A stretch of 64,000 bases of DNA, taken from assembly GCA_965207885.1 (NCBI GenBank), contig OZ242311.1:5248001-5312000 (forward strand), in the 5' to 3' direction. The translations under genes and the position numbers were made by a program. The notes under the pieces are model-generated. The model was not told the DNA's origin. It was given only the letters and a program-made list of their open reading frames with translations, and did no database searches. Positions 35,514-46,657 of the stretch are shown one piece after another. The DNA is from Candidatus Latescibacterota bacterium (GTDB lineage: Bacteria; Latescibacterota; UBA2968). Every line of letters begins with the position of its first letter. The first letter of the stretch is position 1.

Positions 35514-38171
35514 TTACTTGATGATCACAAAAGTGCCAGTTTGCGTTTTGCCTTCTGAACCCGGCATCAGAGACGTAACCTTCCAGAAGTAAATACCCGG
35601 GAACATCGCCTCACCAAAGTTAGACGGACGATTCTCCGCAAGCTGGATATACGTCACTTCGCCCCTCAGAGGATCATGATTGTAGAAGGTCCAGACTCTC
35701 TGACCCGTCACATCGTAAAGGTCGATCTGGCAGCGACCCGGCAGATTCGTAAACCGCATATTCTGCTGACGGTTATACGTATGCAAATCGCTATCCACCT
35801 TAAACGGATTGGGAACCACGCGAACCTGCTCTTCGAGGCGATCAAACACCGCTGCACCCGGAACCACGGGAACAATACCCGAGCGAGAACCATACACAGC
35901 ACCCAAAGAGGTGTTCTGCGCGGCTTCAAGGGCATCGACGCTGCTCACGCCATTCCAATCACCGTGACCAGAGTCATACAGACGCACACTGTACCAGTTG
36001 GGGAAGCCAGCGTTCGTGCCCTGATCGTCAAACAGGTACGTGCCGGGAATTTCGGGACCAGCAGCGGGATTGAGAGCACCATGCTCACCAACATCAGCGT
36101 ACTGGTTGGTTGTAAGTGGAATACCCGTTGGCCAGGAACCGCTCTTAACCGTTGTCCACGTACGAGAAGGTTCATACGAGACACCCGTGGGCAAATTGCC
36201 TGCACGCGCATCCTCGAATGAAAACTCCGTCACATACTCCCACTCGCCCTGATATTCCACATTGGAGCGATAGATGCGATATCCGCGCAAATCCTGTGCC
36301 TCGGCGCCAGAATAATCTGGATCCATGGCTTCTTCGCCAAAGACACTCCACCGAATCTGCGTCTTACCCTGAAGGTTGGAATCCCACGCCACCTTGGTAT
36401 TGGGCGGCTGGTTGGGTAGATCATAACCCCAATTATACCACTTAATGGCATTCTCAAAGTGATCGAACATTACATCTTCACCGAGGGGAATCTCCGGCTG
36501 GCGATCCGCCAACTTCGTAGCCTCAGACCCCCTGCCACCGTAGTGGTTCATCCAGCCCATATTAAAGGGCTGAGCATACTTCTTGTAATCGGCATACTTG
36601 GCGTGATCTGCTGCTAATCCCACCACATAGGCGACCACCACTTTGGCCTTCTCACCTGGTGCCAGCGTGTAAGGACCATAAGACACCAGCGTGGTATAAT
36701 GCCCGGGGGTTCCATTTTCAGCGGTATAACCGCCATTGGCTACTGCGTCGTAAATCTGACCATCGCCCGCACGGTCTGGCGAGGGATAGTCAAAGTCACT
36801 CCGCGAGCGATAGCCGTGGAAGAGCACGGAAGCGGGCTGCTGCATGCTCTCATCGTGCCCTGTGGCCGGATTGTCGTGTGGTGCCACATACATCGCATCA
36901 TCCACGCCGCCATAGCGCATAAACGGCGGGAAGGCATCCACTGTACCCAGGCCAAAATACTGACCGTGCTGAATCATCCCTTCGCGCACCCAGGTCTGCT
37001 CGCGGGTATAGCGCTCACGGGCGATAGAATAGCGATAGGGATCGCCAATGTCATTGATCAGATTGGAAATATGATCGGAGTCCCCATCGTGGTAATAGGT
37101 CATAAAATGACCATCATTGGCAAGATCAACACCCCGCTGCAAACCAGCAGACCTGCCAAGCGCAGAGGTGTAATCCCCACGGCTGACGCCGTTGAGATAA
37201 TTGGCTGCCAATGTGTTGCGATAATAATCGTCGCGCGTGTAATCGCGCGGGTGATTCCACGAAGTCTGCCGCCAGCCAGAAGCCTGACCCGCGTGGAAGC
37301 GGTTGGCAAAGGTAATATAAACACCCTCGGCCGTCGAACCCGAATTATTTACCACTTCGTTGTCAACGACAAAATACTCATCGTGATCCGGATGCGCCGT
37401 TGAAAACCACTTGCGCGTCCATTCCAGACCCGTGGCAGAAGAACCGCCTTCTTGAATACCGATCATCTCGGGAAAATCATCGTCGGACAGCGACTCTACC
37501 CACGAAGGCGCGCTGTATTGCGGCAATTCCCCAGAACCAATGCGGTTAGCAAAAGGCTCATTGCTGTTGTAGCGACCAAAACGGAAGTTCCAGACCACAA
37601 CTGCCCTATTCGTTCCAGGCGTTACCGGAGCAACGCCGTGGGCTTCGGGCCACCAGTTGGTTATGCGGTCGGCAACCGTAGATCCCGCGATATAGGGTGC
37701 ATCGCGACCACTATCTCTGCGAATCGCCATTGCCCAGGACCCATCTTCTACAACGCCTACATAGGCTTCGGGCATCTGCGTCATATCGTGGGGACGACCA
37801 ATCAGGTCTGAAGACGTAATACGCGGACCAGCATACGTACCGTGTGGGCTGCCACCCGTATTGGAAAGCACCCAGAAACCTTCACCACCTGTATTTGACT
37901 TGGCATTCCAGCCTTCGCGCTCAGAACCGCCCGAATACACCTTGATATTGCGGCCTTGAGGATACGAAAACGAAGACTGTGCCAGCTTTGTCTCGTTGTC
38001 TTTCTTTCCCGTCATGCCCGGGTTGTGGAGCGTGTGACCGATCTGACCCCGGGACATCGAGATTCTGGCATTGCCGGGCCATTGAGCCTGAGCCTGTGTG
38101 ACCAGACCCGCCAGGCACATGCCAACTCCGGCGAAAAATCCGGAAGCGTAAAACCAGAGCTTTTTGGACAT
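35514..38171 (-). CDS. large secreted protein with T9SS type-A-like C-terminal sorting domain
   Basis: Signal peptide; GPYTLAPGE, GYRIYRS; tail VRVVPNPF..FTNLP..IDLYDVTG..GIYFWKV..GTFVIIK. Confidence 0.8.
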   Translation of the reverse strand: MSKKLWFYASGFFAGVGMCLAGLVTQAQAQWPGNARISMSRGQIGHTLHNPGMTGKKDNETKLAQSSFSYPQGRNIKVYSGGSEREGWNAKSNTGGEGFWVLSNTGGSPHGTYAGPRITSSDLIGRPHDMTQMPEAYVGVVEDGSWAMAIRRDSGRDAPYIAGSTVADRITNWWPEAHGVAPVTPGTNRAVVVWNFRFGRYNSNEPFANRIGSGELPQYSAPSWVESLSDDDFPEMIGIQEGGSSATGLEWTRKWFSTAHPDHDEYFVVDNEVVNNSGSTAEGVYITFANRFHAGQASGWRQTSWNHPRDYTRDDYYRNTLAANYLNGVSRGDYTSALGRSAGLQRGVDLANDGHFMTYYHDGDSDHISNLINDIGDPYRYSIARERYTREQTWVREGMIQHGQYFGLGTVDAFPPFMRYGGVDDAMYVAPHDNPATGHDESMQQPASVLFHGYRSRSDFDYPSPDRAGDGQIYDAVANGGYTAENGTPGHYTTLVSYGPYTLAPGEKAKVVVAYVVGLAADHAKYADYKKYAQPFNMGWMNHYGGRGSEATKLADRQPEIPLGEDVMFDHFENAIKWYNWGYDLPNQPPNTKVAWDSNLQGKTQIRWSVFGEEAMDPDYSGAEAQDLRGYRIYRSNVEYQGEWEYVTEFSFEDARAGNLPTGVSYEPSRTWTTVKSGSWPTGIPLTTNQYADVGEHGALNPAAGPEIPGTYLFDDQGTNAGFPNWYSVRLYDSGHGDWNGVSSVDALEAAQNTSLGAVYGSRSGIVPVVPGAAVFDRLEEQVRVVPNPFKVDSDLHTYNRQQNMRFTNLPGRCQIDLYDVTGQRVWTFYNHDPLRGEVTYIQLAENRPSNFGEAMFPGIYFWKVTSLMPGSEGKTQTGTFVIIK

Positions 38172-38412
38172 GGATACTGCTCCTCTATGGAGTGATTGAT
38201 GACATCTTTACTACTTGCGATCTACTGCGTTTCCCCGGCGACTTCAAGCGAAAATATGTATCATCCCTCCTCTCTGCGTGAAGCCGGCGGTGTGCAGGCG
38301 CCCCTGCACACCACTCAAATTCTCAGTTTTATAGTACAATATAAACCAATAATTGGGATTAAAAGTTCCCGGTTTTTTTAGAAGGGCGCAAAATACCGCG
38401 CCCTTCCGCGAT

Positions 38413-41400
38413 CTACCACTTAATGCGCAAGCTGAAATTCATCTCGCGCGGAGAATCCCAATAGTTGCCGATATCGTTGATTTCCGGTGCTTGCAGACCC
38501 AGCGCAACAATATCGACATTGGTAGGCTCTAAGCCCATGATACCATACTTCTGATAGCGGTCGGAATCCCAATCTTCTGGAACCCCGCCAAGGCTATTCT
38601 GGCGCCAGTCCTTCTGATTGAACAAATTGTAGATCTCCACAGCCACGGTTATGTTCACGCCCGACATATTGCCAAATACCTTCTCGGCATTGAAGTCCGC
38701 ACGCGTATGGAGGGGACCCTGACGGAATCCCTGAATACCACCCGTGCTATACGTAAACCTGTTACCCGCGTAGAGATAATACACCAGATTGGAGCGAATA
38801 TTGCCCAGTGCTTTGCCCCCAAAAGGACCGTAGTTCGCCGGCGTGGCAAACAAGAACGTAATCGAACCGAAACTGCGGCGGTCAGCGGTCAGCGGAGCGC
38901 GCTCGCCCGATTCCTGGTTGTGCGCCACCGACAGGGTGCCTTCGCCACTTCCCGGATTGCCGGGATGGTTGCCAGCGCGTTCCCAAAATTCTCTGTCTCC
39001 ATCGTCGTAATGGCCCAGACTCGTACGGGCTTCATTGGCGACAAACTGCGCGCCCTCTGCCGAATAGTGCGAATACCACGGAATCCACGACCACGCACCA
39101 CCTCTGCCGTCGAAATTCAATATTCGGGTATGTTGAGACCGCAAATAAATATTCGCCTGTCTTCCATACGCCTCAATGTAGTGATCCTCGGGTAACCCTT
39201 CGCGACGGGCTTTTTCCCGCAGTGATACGGGCGTCTCTACGCCCGTCGTAGGATCGACATCCCAGGTGTTAAAGTAGTACCCACTGGCTACGAACTGAGA
39301 GTCTGGCCATACATCGCGGCGGTGCGCGCTATTGCGACCTCCGTCTGCCCACTGCAGGTTGTAGCCCACATTGAACGAGAACATGTTCGAGAATTTCTTC
39401 CGCAAATTGATCTCGAAACCGCGAACATCGCGCCAATTGCCCGGCCCATGGCCTTGAACACCCGTCACATACTGATGGCCTCCTGGATCAATCCACTGCT
39501 GTGAGGCGCTTCTGATCTCATTGCCCGACGCCTTGTAATAAGTCGTCAGCCCGAGCACGTAATCACCCACAAAGTTCCAGTCCAGACCCACCTCAAAAGA
39601 AGTGGTTTCTTCGGGAGGCAAATACGGAGTGCCGTGCCGTGAGCCAGAGTCATTGAACTCGTTGAACTGTTCGCCGGGATCGATCGAACCATTGCCATTC
39701 AGATCCCTATCCACGGCCTCATTGGACGTGAACTCGTTCATGAACATTTCGTGGAATTGCGGGCGCTGCACAAACCGACCGTAGAAAAAGCGCACGAGGC
39801 TCTTTTCCGTAATCGGGTGCGACACGCCAATGCGAGGCTGAACTGCTTTGATCGTGGGTCCCTTGGTTGTGGGAATATAGGCGGAACGCGTCATGCCATT
39901 CCAGGGCGCCTTAGCACCGTACCAGGCATCGGAGTCTTTGATATAGGTGTTCGGGAAGAAAATCTCGCCCCTCATGCCCGCATTCACAATCATCCCCTCA
40001 AACTCGATCTTGTCCTGAATATAGACACCAAAGTCAAGGGGATTGAGGCCCACATTGTTTCCACTGGGCCAGAATGCCGTATCTGTATAGTTCTGGGAGA
40101 ACCAGCGCAAACGACGGTGCGTGGGACCATTTGACCACCGCTGCTGATACCAGTTGTTGTAGCGAATCACTTCCACGCCGGCTTTCACAAAGTTCTGCTT
40201 GTTCACCTGGCTGGAAAGATCTGCCTTAAAGCTCACCCGGTTGTAGCTATACATGCTCCAGTTGTGCGTTTCGCGGTAAATCGTGTAGTGCCCTGCCGCA
40301 TCCTTCACACTCGAAGACGTCAGTTTATCATCTACGATAAAGTGGCGATGAAAGCCCGTGGTGTCGCGGTCCGTCGTCGAATAGCCCAGATTTACTTCGT
40401 AAAAAGTCTTGGGAGACAGGGAATGCGTCACAGCACCGTAAAACAACGCATCTGTGGTAACGAGGTTACCCGTTGGATTTACGACGTGTAAAAAGATATT
40501 TTTTCCACTGTTGCGCAAATCCAATCTGCCGCCATCGCTCGGGCCACCAAAGGTCCCTTCACTGCTATTGTAAATCCCCCCTGCTCGCAACTTCAAGCTG
40601 GGAGACGCAGAAAATGTCAACTTCGCCGTATTGCGCGTATTCCGGGGCGTGGTCAAATTGGCATTCAACAATGCCGCAGGCTCTTTGCGCCAGACCGTAC
40701 TGGCAAAAAATGTCATGTCCTGACTCAGAGGACCCGCGATATTGCCATCGATGCGATGCCCCATTTTGCCCGTGTAGTCCAGACGCTTGTGCGCCTGCAC
40801 GATATCGTTGGAACCATCGCCATCGAGGTCAGCGGGGATCTCGATCTGCTCTGCAACCCAGTCGGCATTATCCCACCTGTTATTGCCCCGGTGCATGGGC
40901 GAATCGTACACATTTGCACCCCAGTGCTTCTGTCCCGAAGGTGTGAATCGATAGTCCAGCATACCGCTGTATGACGAACCACCATCGCGCGTCACCATCG
41001 AAACCACACCACCCTGGGCATTGCCATACTCGGCGTTGTAACCGCCCGTAATCACCTGGAGTTCCTGAACCGCACTCTTGTTCAGGCTTCGTCCAATACC
41101 CGTGCGAGAACCATAGGAGTCAGTCGTTGAAATGCGAACGCCATCCACGATGTATGCCACATGGTCGCGGTCGCCGCCGCGAATCATAATCTCATCGCCT
41201 TCGGCATCGACGGAAACACCAGCCTGAAGCTCGATGAAATCACCCATATCGCGCACGATGGGTACGGCTTCGAGATCCTCGGCACTCATAATATACTTAC
41301 TCGTCGTCTTATCCGGCTCAACGGGCGGGCGCTCTGCAATCACCGTGATTTCGCCCAATTCCAGAGCTGCCTCTCGAATCTGGAAATCAACCGTCGTCGT

Positions 41401-41685
41401 CAAGTCAGTTTGAACCCTGATGTCGGTCTGACGCTGTGCATCATAACCCACTAACGAGGCCGTCATCGCATACGTGCCGGGATCGACGAGCAAAATGACA
41501 AAAAAGCCATCGGGATCGGTGACTGCACCGCGCTGTGTGCCTTCAATCACCACATTGGCACCCGGCAATACCTCACCCGTCTGCGCGTCGCGCACTGTCC
41601 CCTGCACTTTTCCCGTTGTCGCGGCATGTGAAACACCCGCGCTAACAAGCAAGGACAGCACAACTATTGAAAGTATCTTTCGCAT
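38413..41685 (-). CDS. TonB-dependent receptor
   Basis: TTGKVQG.V.DA.TGEVLPGANV (carboxypeptidase-regulatory-like), plug IRGG..YIVDG, TGGYNAEYG, QPRIGVSHPI, terminal SLRIKW. Confidence 0.92.
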   Translation of the reverse strand: MRKILSIVVLSLLVSAGVSHAATTGKVQGTVRDAQTGEVLPGANVVIEGTQRGAVTDPDGFFVILLVDPGTYAMTASLVGYDAQRQTDIRVQTDLTTTVDFQIREAALELGEITVIAERPPVEPDKTTSKYIMSAEDLEAVPIVRDMGDFIELQAGVSVDAEGDEIMIRGGDRDHVAYIVDGVRISTTDSYGSRTGIGRSLNKSAVQELQVITGGYNAEYGNAQGGVVSMVTRDGGSSYSGMLDYRFTPSGQKHWGANVYDSPMHRGNNRWDNADWVAEQIEIPADLDGDGSNDIVQAHKRLDYTGKMGHRIDGNIAGPLSQDMTFFASTVWRKEPAALLNANLTTPRNTRNTAKLTFSASPSLKLRAGGIYNSSEGTFGGPSDGGRLDLRNSGKNIFLHVVNPTGNLVTTDALFYGAVTHSLSPKTFYEVNLGYSTTDRDTTGFHRHFIVDDKLTSSSVKDAAGHYTIYRETHNWSMYSYNRVSFKADLSSQVNKQNFVKAGVEVIRYNNWYQQRWSNGPTHRRLRWFSQNYTDTAFWPSGNNVGLNPLDFGVYIQDKIEFEGMIVNAGMRGEIFFPNTYIKDSDAWYGAKAPWNGMTRSAYIPTTKGPTIKAVQPRIGVSHPITEKSLVRFFYGRFVQRPQFHEMFMNEFTSNEAVDRDLNGNGSIDPGEQFNEFNDSGSRHGTPYLPPEETTSFEVGLDWNFVGDYVLGLTTYYKASGNEIRSASQQWIDPGGHQYVTGVQGHGPGNWRDVRGFEINLRKKFSNMFSFNVGYNLQWADGGRNSAHRRDVWPDSQFVASGYYFNTWDVDPTTGVETPVSLREKARREGLPEDHYIEAYGRQANIYLRSQHTRILNFDGRGGAWSWIPWYSHYSAEGAQFVANEARTSLGHYDDGDREFWERAGNHPGNPGSGEGTLSVAHNQESGERAPLTADRRSFGSITFLFATPANYGPFGGKALGNIRSNLVYYLYAGNRFTYSTGGIQGFRQGPLHTRADFNAEKVFGNMSGVNITVAVEIYNLFNQKDWRQNSLGGVPEDWDSDRYQKYGIMGLEPTNVDIVALGLQAPEINDIGNYWDSPREMNFSLRIKW

Positions 41686-41700
41686 CAATTTTTACCTCCT

Positions 41701-42474
41701 TTAATCCCAGAAATAGAATTTGAACCCGGCACTCAGATCAAACATCTGAAGCGGAAATGCCTTGTCCAAGCCCCATGCATCTCGAGGGCGGAGTTCGCCG
41801 AGAATAAAATGATACCGCGCACGCACATCCAGCGCGATCGTCTGCGTCACATGCGCTTCCAGCCCCAACCCCAACACCGCGGTCACGGCCGTGCGCGTAT
41901 CTTCCTGGCGGTCCATCACCACCTGGGGCAAAATATCGCCCTGGGCATCCACATTCGTCGCATCTACACCGCTGGCATCGGTCGGACTCTGACCGGGCCA
42001 AACGATATTTTCTGCTATGGTCTTGTGATCGTACACACCGCCACCCGCAACGATATAAGGCGAAAAACTCCCCTCATCCATTGAACGGTCCGCATTAAAA
42101 AACCACAACCCGGACAATAGCACACTATTAAAGCGATTCGTGTGCGAACTATTCGGGTTGATATCTTTGCTGCTATATTGCTTGGCTGTCAAAGCCTTGG
42201 GGGACCAGGTAAACTCACCGGATTCCAGAGCGCCACCATCCATCTGAGTGTGGTGAAACTCGGCTTCAACGGTCAGGCGAGAGCTACTCACGCGACTGGC
42301 TGTAAGCCCCCATTTATCCACACCACTCCCAAACCGCTCACCAAAGGTGAACAGGGGATTGGTATAGCTGACAAACCCGCCCAGGCCCCACTTACCGGCA
42401 ACCTGAGCCGAAGACATGCTTGCCGAAGCTAGTACACCTGCAACGACAAAACCTAAAACTTTAAACCATCTCAA
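41701..42474 (-). CDS. outer-membrane beta-barrel protein
   Basis: TTG start with RBS GGAGG, signal peptide, SPYIVAGGG, terminal AGFKFYFWD. Confidence 0.8.
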   Translation of the reverse strand: MRWFKVLGFVVAGVLASASMSSAQVAGKWGLGGFVSYTNPLFTFGERFGSGVDKWGLTASRVSSSRLTVEAEFHHTQMDGGALESGEFTWSPKALTAKQYSSKDINPNSSHTNRFNSVLLSGLWFFNADRSMDEGSFSPYIVAGGGVYDHKTIAENIVWPGQSPTDASGVDATNVDAQGDILPQVVMDRQEDTRTAVTAVLGLGLEAHVTQTIALDVRARYHFILGELRPRDAWGLDKAFPLQMFDLSAGFKFYFWD

Positions 42475-42695
42475 AGTGCTACCTCCTTTCGCAAACTGCG
42501 AAAAATGAACGACTTAACAACTTTAACTATGCAACGCAAAAAAATCTATCTCTATTCATCACCTCCTTTTGTTTGTTATCACATCTGAAACATACAGCAC
42601 AAAAACAGCCATCAAGACATAATAGATTGAAAATTTGTTTCAAAAATGTTTCTAAAAATTCAATTTAATGTAAAAAAAAATTACGCGCTATGCAA

Positions 42696-43895
42696 TCATT
42701 TTTTTGCCTCTAACCGCAACCGCCTTGCCTCCGTGCGGATCTTATCCATCTCCATCTTCATCCGCACGATACCCTCCCAATGCGTATAATCTGGCGAATG
42801 GTGATACGCCGCCTTAAATGTAGTCGCGTGATAAAACTTGAACAACCTGAAAAACGCCTGCTCAATCTCCGATGTATTTTCGTACAACTGCTGCCCGCCC
42901 AGTTCAAAAGCGTGTCCAACCACCGGATTGGCCGGACGGTCTTCGGGCATGGGATCCAGCGCTCCTTCATCGTACAGCGCCTTAATCACCGCATAAGACT
43001 CTGCAACCAGCGCGTCGGCCTCGCGCTTAATCGCATCTGCACGCTCCAGGCTCTCTCGGGAAAACCGATTGGAATGACAGGGCGCACACACCTGCAACAT
43101 CGCATTCCGATTCGCTTCAAACTCCTCTTTTGTCAAACGTTTCATCGCCAGATGCGGCAAAAAATCCTCCTCGAGCACTGCCCCCGTAAACACCGCACCC
43201 AACCCGATATTTGCCACATGCCCGTGATCGCCATTGGGCATGTGGCACGTCACGCAACTCGGCGACTTCTCGGCATCTCTATCCGCATAATACAAAACCC
43301 CGTGAATACTCGTCTTATACGCCTCCATCACCGGATGGTCCGGACCGCCGTGACAAACGGCACATGCCTCTGGCTCTCGCGCAAGCGCCGCGCTAAATTC
43401 ATGACTCGGATGACAGGTGTTGCACCCTCCCACGCTGCCATCGGCAAACCGCGCGCCAATGCTGTGGCACCCCATACACCCCTCTTCTTGCATCGCGCGC
43501 GACTGTGCCAAAAAACGCGCATCTGACAACGCAGCCAATTCCGCATCGGCATGCCCGCTCTCTGCAAATGCCTCGACCTCTTCTGCGTGACATTTGCCAC
43601 ACATCCCCGCCGACACCTGCCCCCGAACAGCAAAAACCGTCTCGTGGTTCTCACCGTGGCAATCCGCACACCCCACATTGGCTCGAAAATGGGCACTCTC
43701 GCGCCACTGTTTATCCATACCCGGATCGATATTCCGATGGCACCCCTCGCACGACTGGTCACTCTGGATGCGCCACAAAAAACCCGGGCGAGCGGCAAAC
43801 CGAACCGCCTCTTCCGGCTGCAACACATAAAACACACCAAAAGCGCAACCCAATACCAGCACGCCAATGCCAACAATTTTCATCCAGCGCTTCAC
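42696..43895 (-). CDS. octaheme cytochrome c, HAO-like
   Basis: 8 CxxCH (CEGCH, CADCH, CGKCH, CMGCH, CNTCH, CAVCH, CVTCH, CAPCH), CH.GPDHP, and C-terminal AYHHSPDYTHWEG. Confidence 0.88.
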   Translation of the reverse strand: MKRWMKIVGIGVLVLGCAFGVFYVLQPEEAVRFAARPGFLWRIQSDQSCEGCHRNIDPGMDKQWRESAHFRANVGCADCHGENHETVFAVRGQVSAGMCGKCHAEEVEAFAESGHADAELAALSDARFLAQSRAMQEEGCMGCHSIGARFADGSVGGCNTCHPSHEFSAALAREPEACAVCHGGPDHPVMEAYKTSIHGVLYYADRDAEKSPSCVTCHMPNGDHGHVANIGLGAVFTGAVLEEDFLPHLAMKRLTKEEFEANRNAMLQVCAPCHSNRFSRESLERADAIKREADALVAESYAVIKALYDEGALDPMPEDRPANPVVGHAFELGGQQLYENTSEIEQAFFRLFKFYHATTFKAAYHHSPDYTHWEGIVRMKMEMDKIRTEARRLRLEAKK

Positions 43896-46657
43896 AATTC
43901 ACGCCCTTCCAATTCGCGCAACAAATCGCGCACCTGCACATTGCCCGGCTCTCGCGCAATCACGCGCCTCAAAATCGCAACCGCACTATCTCGCTGCCCG
44001 CCTATGGCATAAGCCTGTCCCATAAACAACTCCAACCCCTGCGCTTCTGGCTCCAGCACCCACGCCTGTCGATATACAGACAGCGCACCTCCTATATCGC
44101 CGCGCTCCTGTAAAACCGTACCCAGCACAGTAAGCGCAGGCACATAAAAAGGATCGACAATCAACGCATCCACCAAAAGAGATTCCGCAACCTCTAACTC
44201 GCCCAAATCAGCCCGAATAAGCCCCTGCATCGCATACACATCAGCGCGGTTGGCATGGTATTTCACCGCAACTTCAAAATGCGGCAACGCATCTGCGAGC
44301 GCACCCTGCACATAGACGCGGTGCCCGGCGGCAAAAACCGAATCCGATTTTGCGATCCCCACATCTCGCGCCTGCCTGCCCAAACCAAATAAACCCGTAC
44401 CCGCATCCTCCATTTCCAGCGCCCTGCCATAAGCCGCGCGCGCCAACGCCCAATCGCCCGACAGCGCATGTGCCGTCCCCCTTTCCACCCAATCGCCTAT
44501 CGGCATCTCGTCCCACTCATAATCATCGCGCACCTCGCCATCGCCAGCCGAAAACGCCAATAACGCGAGTTGTCGAATCGCCGGAACATATCCCGACGCA
44601 ATTGCAAGTGCGCGGCGATAGGCTTCGATAGCATCTGCGCGATCCCCACTACCCCACAGCGCATTACCCACAGCGGTATGCAAAACGGGCGAACCCTCGC
44701 GCACATCATCAAAAGTTGTCGCAGCATCTGCATAGCGTCCATGGTGCAACAGCAATGCACCTGCGCGCAACCGGGAAGTCAAATCGCTCTTCTCCCTGAG
44801 CAACGCCCTCATCTGCTCAAAACGCTTCTGTTTTTGCGCCAATCGCGCCAGATCTGCCGCGGTCTCCGGATGCCGGGGGTCTAACTTTGCAACAATCTCA
44901 AACTCCCGCCTCGCATCTTCAAAAAGCCCCTGCGCTTCATAGACCTGCCCCAAACCCTCGTGAAAGCCCGGATCGTCGCCCTGCACGCCATACACCACAT
45001 CGCGATGCTCCTCAAGTGCCCGGCGGAACGCATCGCCCACAGCGGAACCATCCGGCAAATAGCCAATATCCATCAACGCAAACGGCGCTTGCACCCGCAC
45101 AATGCGCGCCGAATCGGACAACGCATCCAAAAGCGCTGGCAAACCGCGCACATCGCCCAAACGCCCCAGCGAAATCGCCGCCTTCATCCGCACCATCGCA
45201 TGCGAATCACCCATCGCCTCAACCAGTGCCGGCACCGCACGCGCATCCTCCACCCCCCCCAGCAAAGACGCAGCCGTTGCACGCCAAACTGCACTCTCAC
45301 GCCCATCGTTTACCAACTTCATCAACGGCGCCACATCACCGCCCTTTTGCCCATTCGCAATCGCCGTTGTACGCGCCACAATTTCGCGCTGATAATCGCC
45401 GTACCACTGCTTTGCCCAGGCAGAAGCCCATTGAGCGGACTTATCTTCGTGACACTGATTGCACGCATTGGGCACCCCATTGACCACCGTATTTTCCGGC
45501 GCAGGGGATGCAATGCGGTGATCCGTCAAATTTTCTCCCGTCACATAGTGATATGGCATGTGACACTGCACGCATTGATTGCCCACACTGCCCGCGCGGT
45601 GATGCCCATGCGCGACCGGATCGGCTGCGACATCACCATGACACGTTTCGCACAACTCCACGCCATTTCGGTCCGCCAACAGATCTACATCGCGCGCTGT
45701 TCCGTGCGCGTCGTGGCACGTCGTACACGTCAATTCACCCTGAATATAACACGCACTCATCAAATGCAATGCCGCCGGATATAAATAAACCCGGGGCTGT
45801 CCATCGGGATAAAAAATCGCCTCGTCATCTGGCAACACAAGAGAATAATAATCGTAAAAATTCTCACCCGGCAAATACCCGGTCGCCACAATTTCCTTGG
45901 CGGAATGACACTGTGCACACACCTCAACAGACCGTTCCTTATCCAGCGACCGCAACAACAGCAAATGCAGCGGGGCATCGACCTGTCCGCGCGTCTCATC
46001 GTGTTTGCCCGACGGCCCGTGGCACGCCTCGCAATCAATACTCAGACTGCCCACAGTCGTGCGATAAGTCTGAGTAGGCACATCGTAATGCTTTTGCACC
46101 CGGCTGGCATGGCAATCAAAACAGTGAAAATTCCACGTGCGCCCCGCATTCGTCCAATAATAATAATCTTCTCCCGCAAGGGGCCGCGACTGAGCCACCA
46201 CCCCTCCTTCTTGTGCATCAACCCAATCATTTGTCGCGCCATCGTGATACAGCGGCAACACCTGCCACCGCCCATTGGGAAAAGCCGTCAAATAAGCCTG
46301 ATGCTGCCGCTTGCCAATCGCGTAATCCACGCGATGTGCTCTAACGCGCCCATCCTCATCCTCAGTCTGCATATAATACGCATCGCCTCTGCGAAACATG
46401 CGCGAACGCACACCGCCATACACATGGGACACATTGCCAAAATCGCCCACAATCGTCGAATCACTCGGCACAGTCATAGCGACGCTGTGCAAACTCTGCC
46501 GCCACTCGGCATACTTGTCGGTATGGCAGGCAGCGCACCGTTCCAGCCCCGTAAACCCCGGCTCAGAAGCGCGCACCAAATTGGGCACCTCGCGCTCCCG
46601 GCTGCACGACGCAAACACCAGAATCACCCATAAAATGTGAAATATCCCAAACCGCAT
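43892..46657 (-). CDS. octaheme cytochrome c lipoprotein with HEAT and TPR repeats
   Basis: FASC lipobox; 8 CxxCH (CAACH...CNQCH); HEAT repeats (DARAVPALVEAMGD); TPR C-terminus. Confidence 0.88.
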   Translation of the reverse strand: MRFGIFHILWVILVFASCSREREVPNLVRASEPGFTGLERCAACHTDKYAEWRQSLHSVAMTVPSDSTIVGDFGNVSHVYGGVRSRMFRRGDAYYMQTEDEDGRVRAHRVDYAIGKRQHQAYLTAFPNGRWQVLPLYHDGATNDWVDAQEGGVVAQSRPLAGEDYYYWTNAGRTWNFHCFDCHASRVQKHYDVPTQTYRTTVGSLSIDCEACHGPSGKHDETRGQVDAPLHLLLLRSLDKERSVEVCAQCHSAKEIVATGYLPGENFYDYYSLVLPDDEAIFYPDGQPRVYLYPAALHLMSACYIQGELTCTTCHDAHGTARDVDLLADRNGVELCETCHGDVAADPVAHGHHRAGSVGNQCVQCHMPYHYVTGENLTDHRIASPAPENTVVNGVPNACNQCHEDKSAQWASAWAKQWYGDYQREIVARTTAIANGQKGGDVAPLMKLVNDGRESAVWRATAASLLGGVEDARAVPALVEAMGDSHAMVRMKAAISLGRLGDVRGLPALLDALSDSARIVRVQAPFALMDIGYLPDGSAVGDAFRRALEEHRDVVYGVQGDDPGFHEGLGQVYEAQGLFEDARREFEIVAKLDPRHPETAADLARLAQKQKRFEQMRALLREKSDLTSRLRAGALLLHHGRYADAATTFDDVREGSPVLHTAVGNALWGSGDRADAIEAYRRALAIASGYVPAIRQLALLAFSAGDGEVRDDYEWDEMPIGDWVERGTAHALSGDWALARAAYGRALEMEDAGTGLFGLGRQARDVGIAKSDSVFAAGHRVYVQGALADALPHFEVAVKYHANRADVYAMQGLIRADLGELEVAESLLVDALIVDPFYVPALTVLGTVLQERGDIGGALSVYRQAWVLEPEAQGLELFMGQAYAIGGQRDSAVAILRRVIAREPGNVQVRDLLRELEGREL

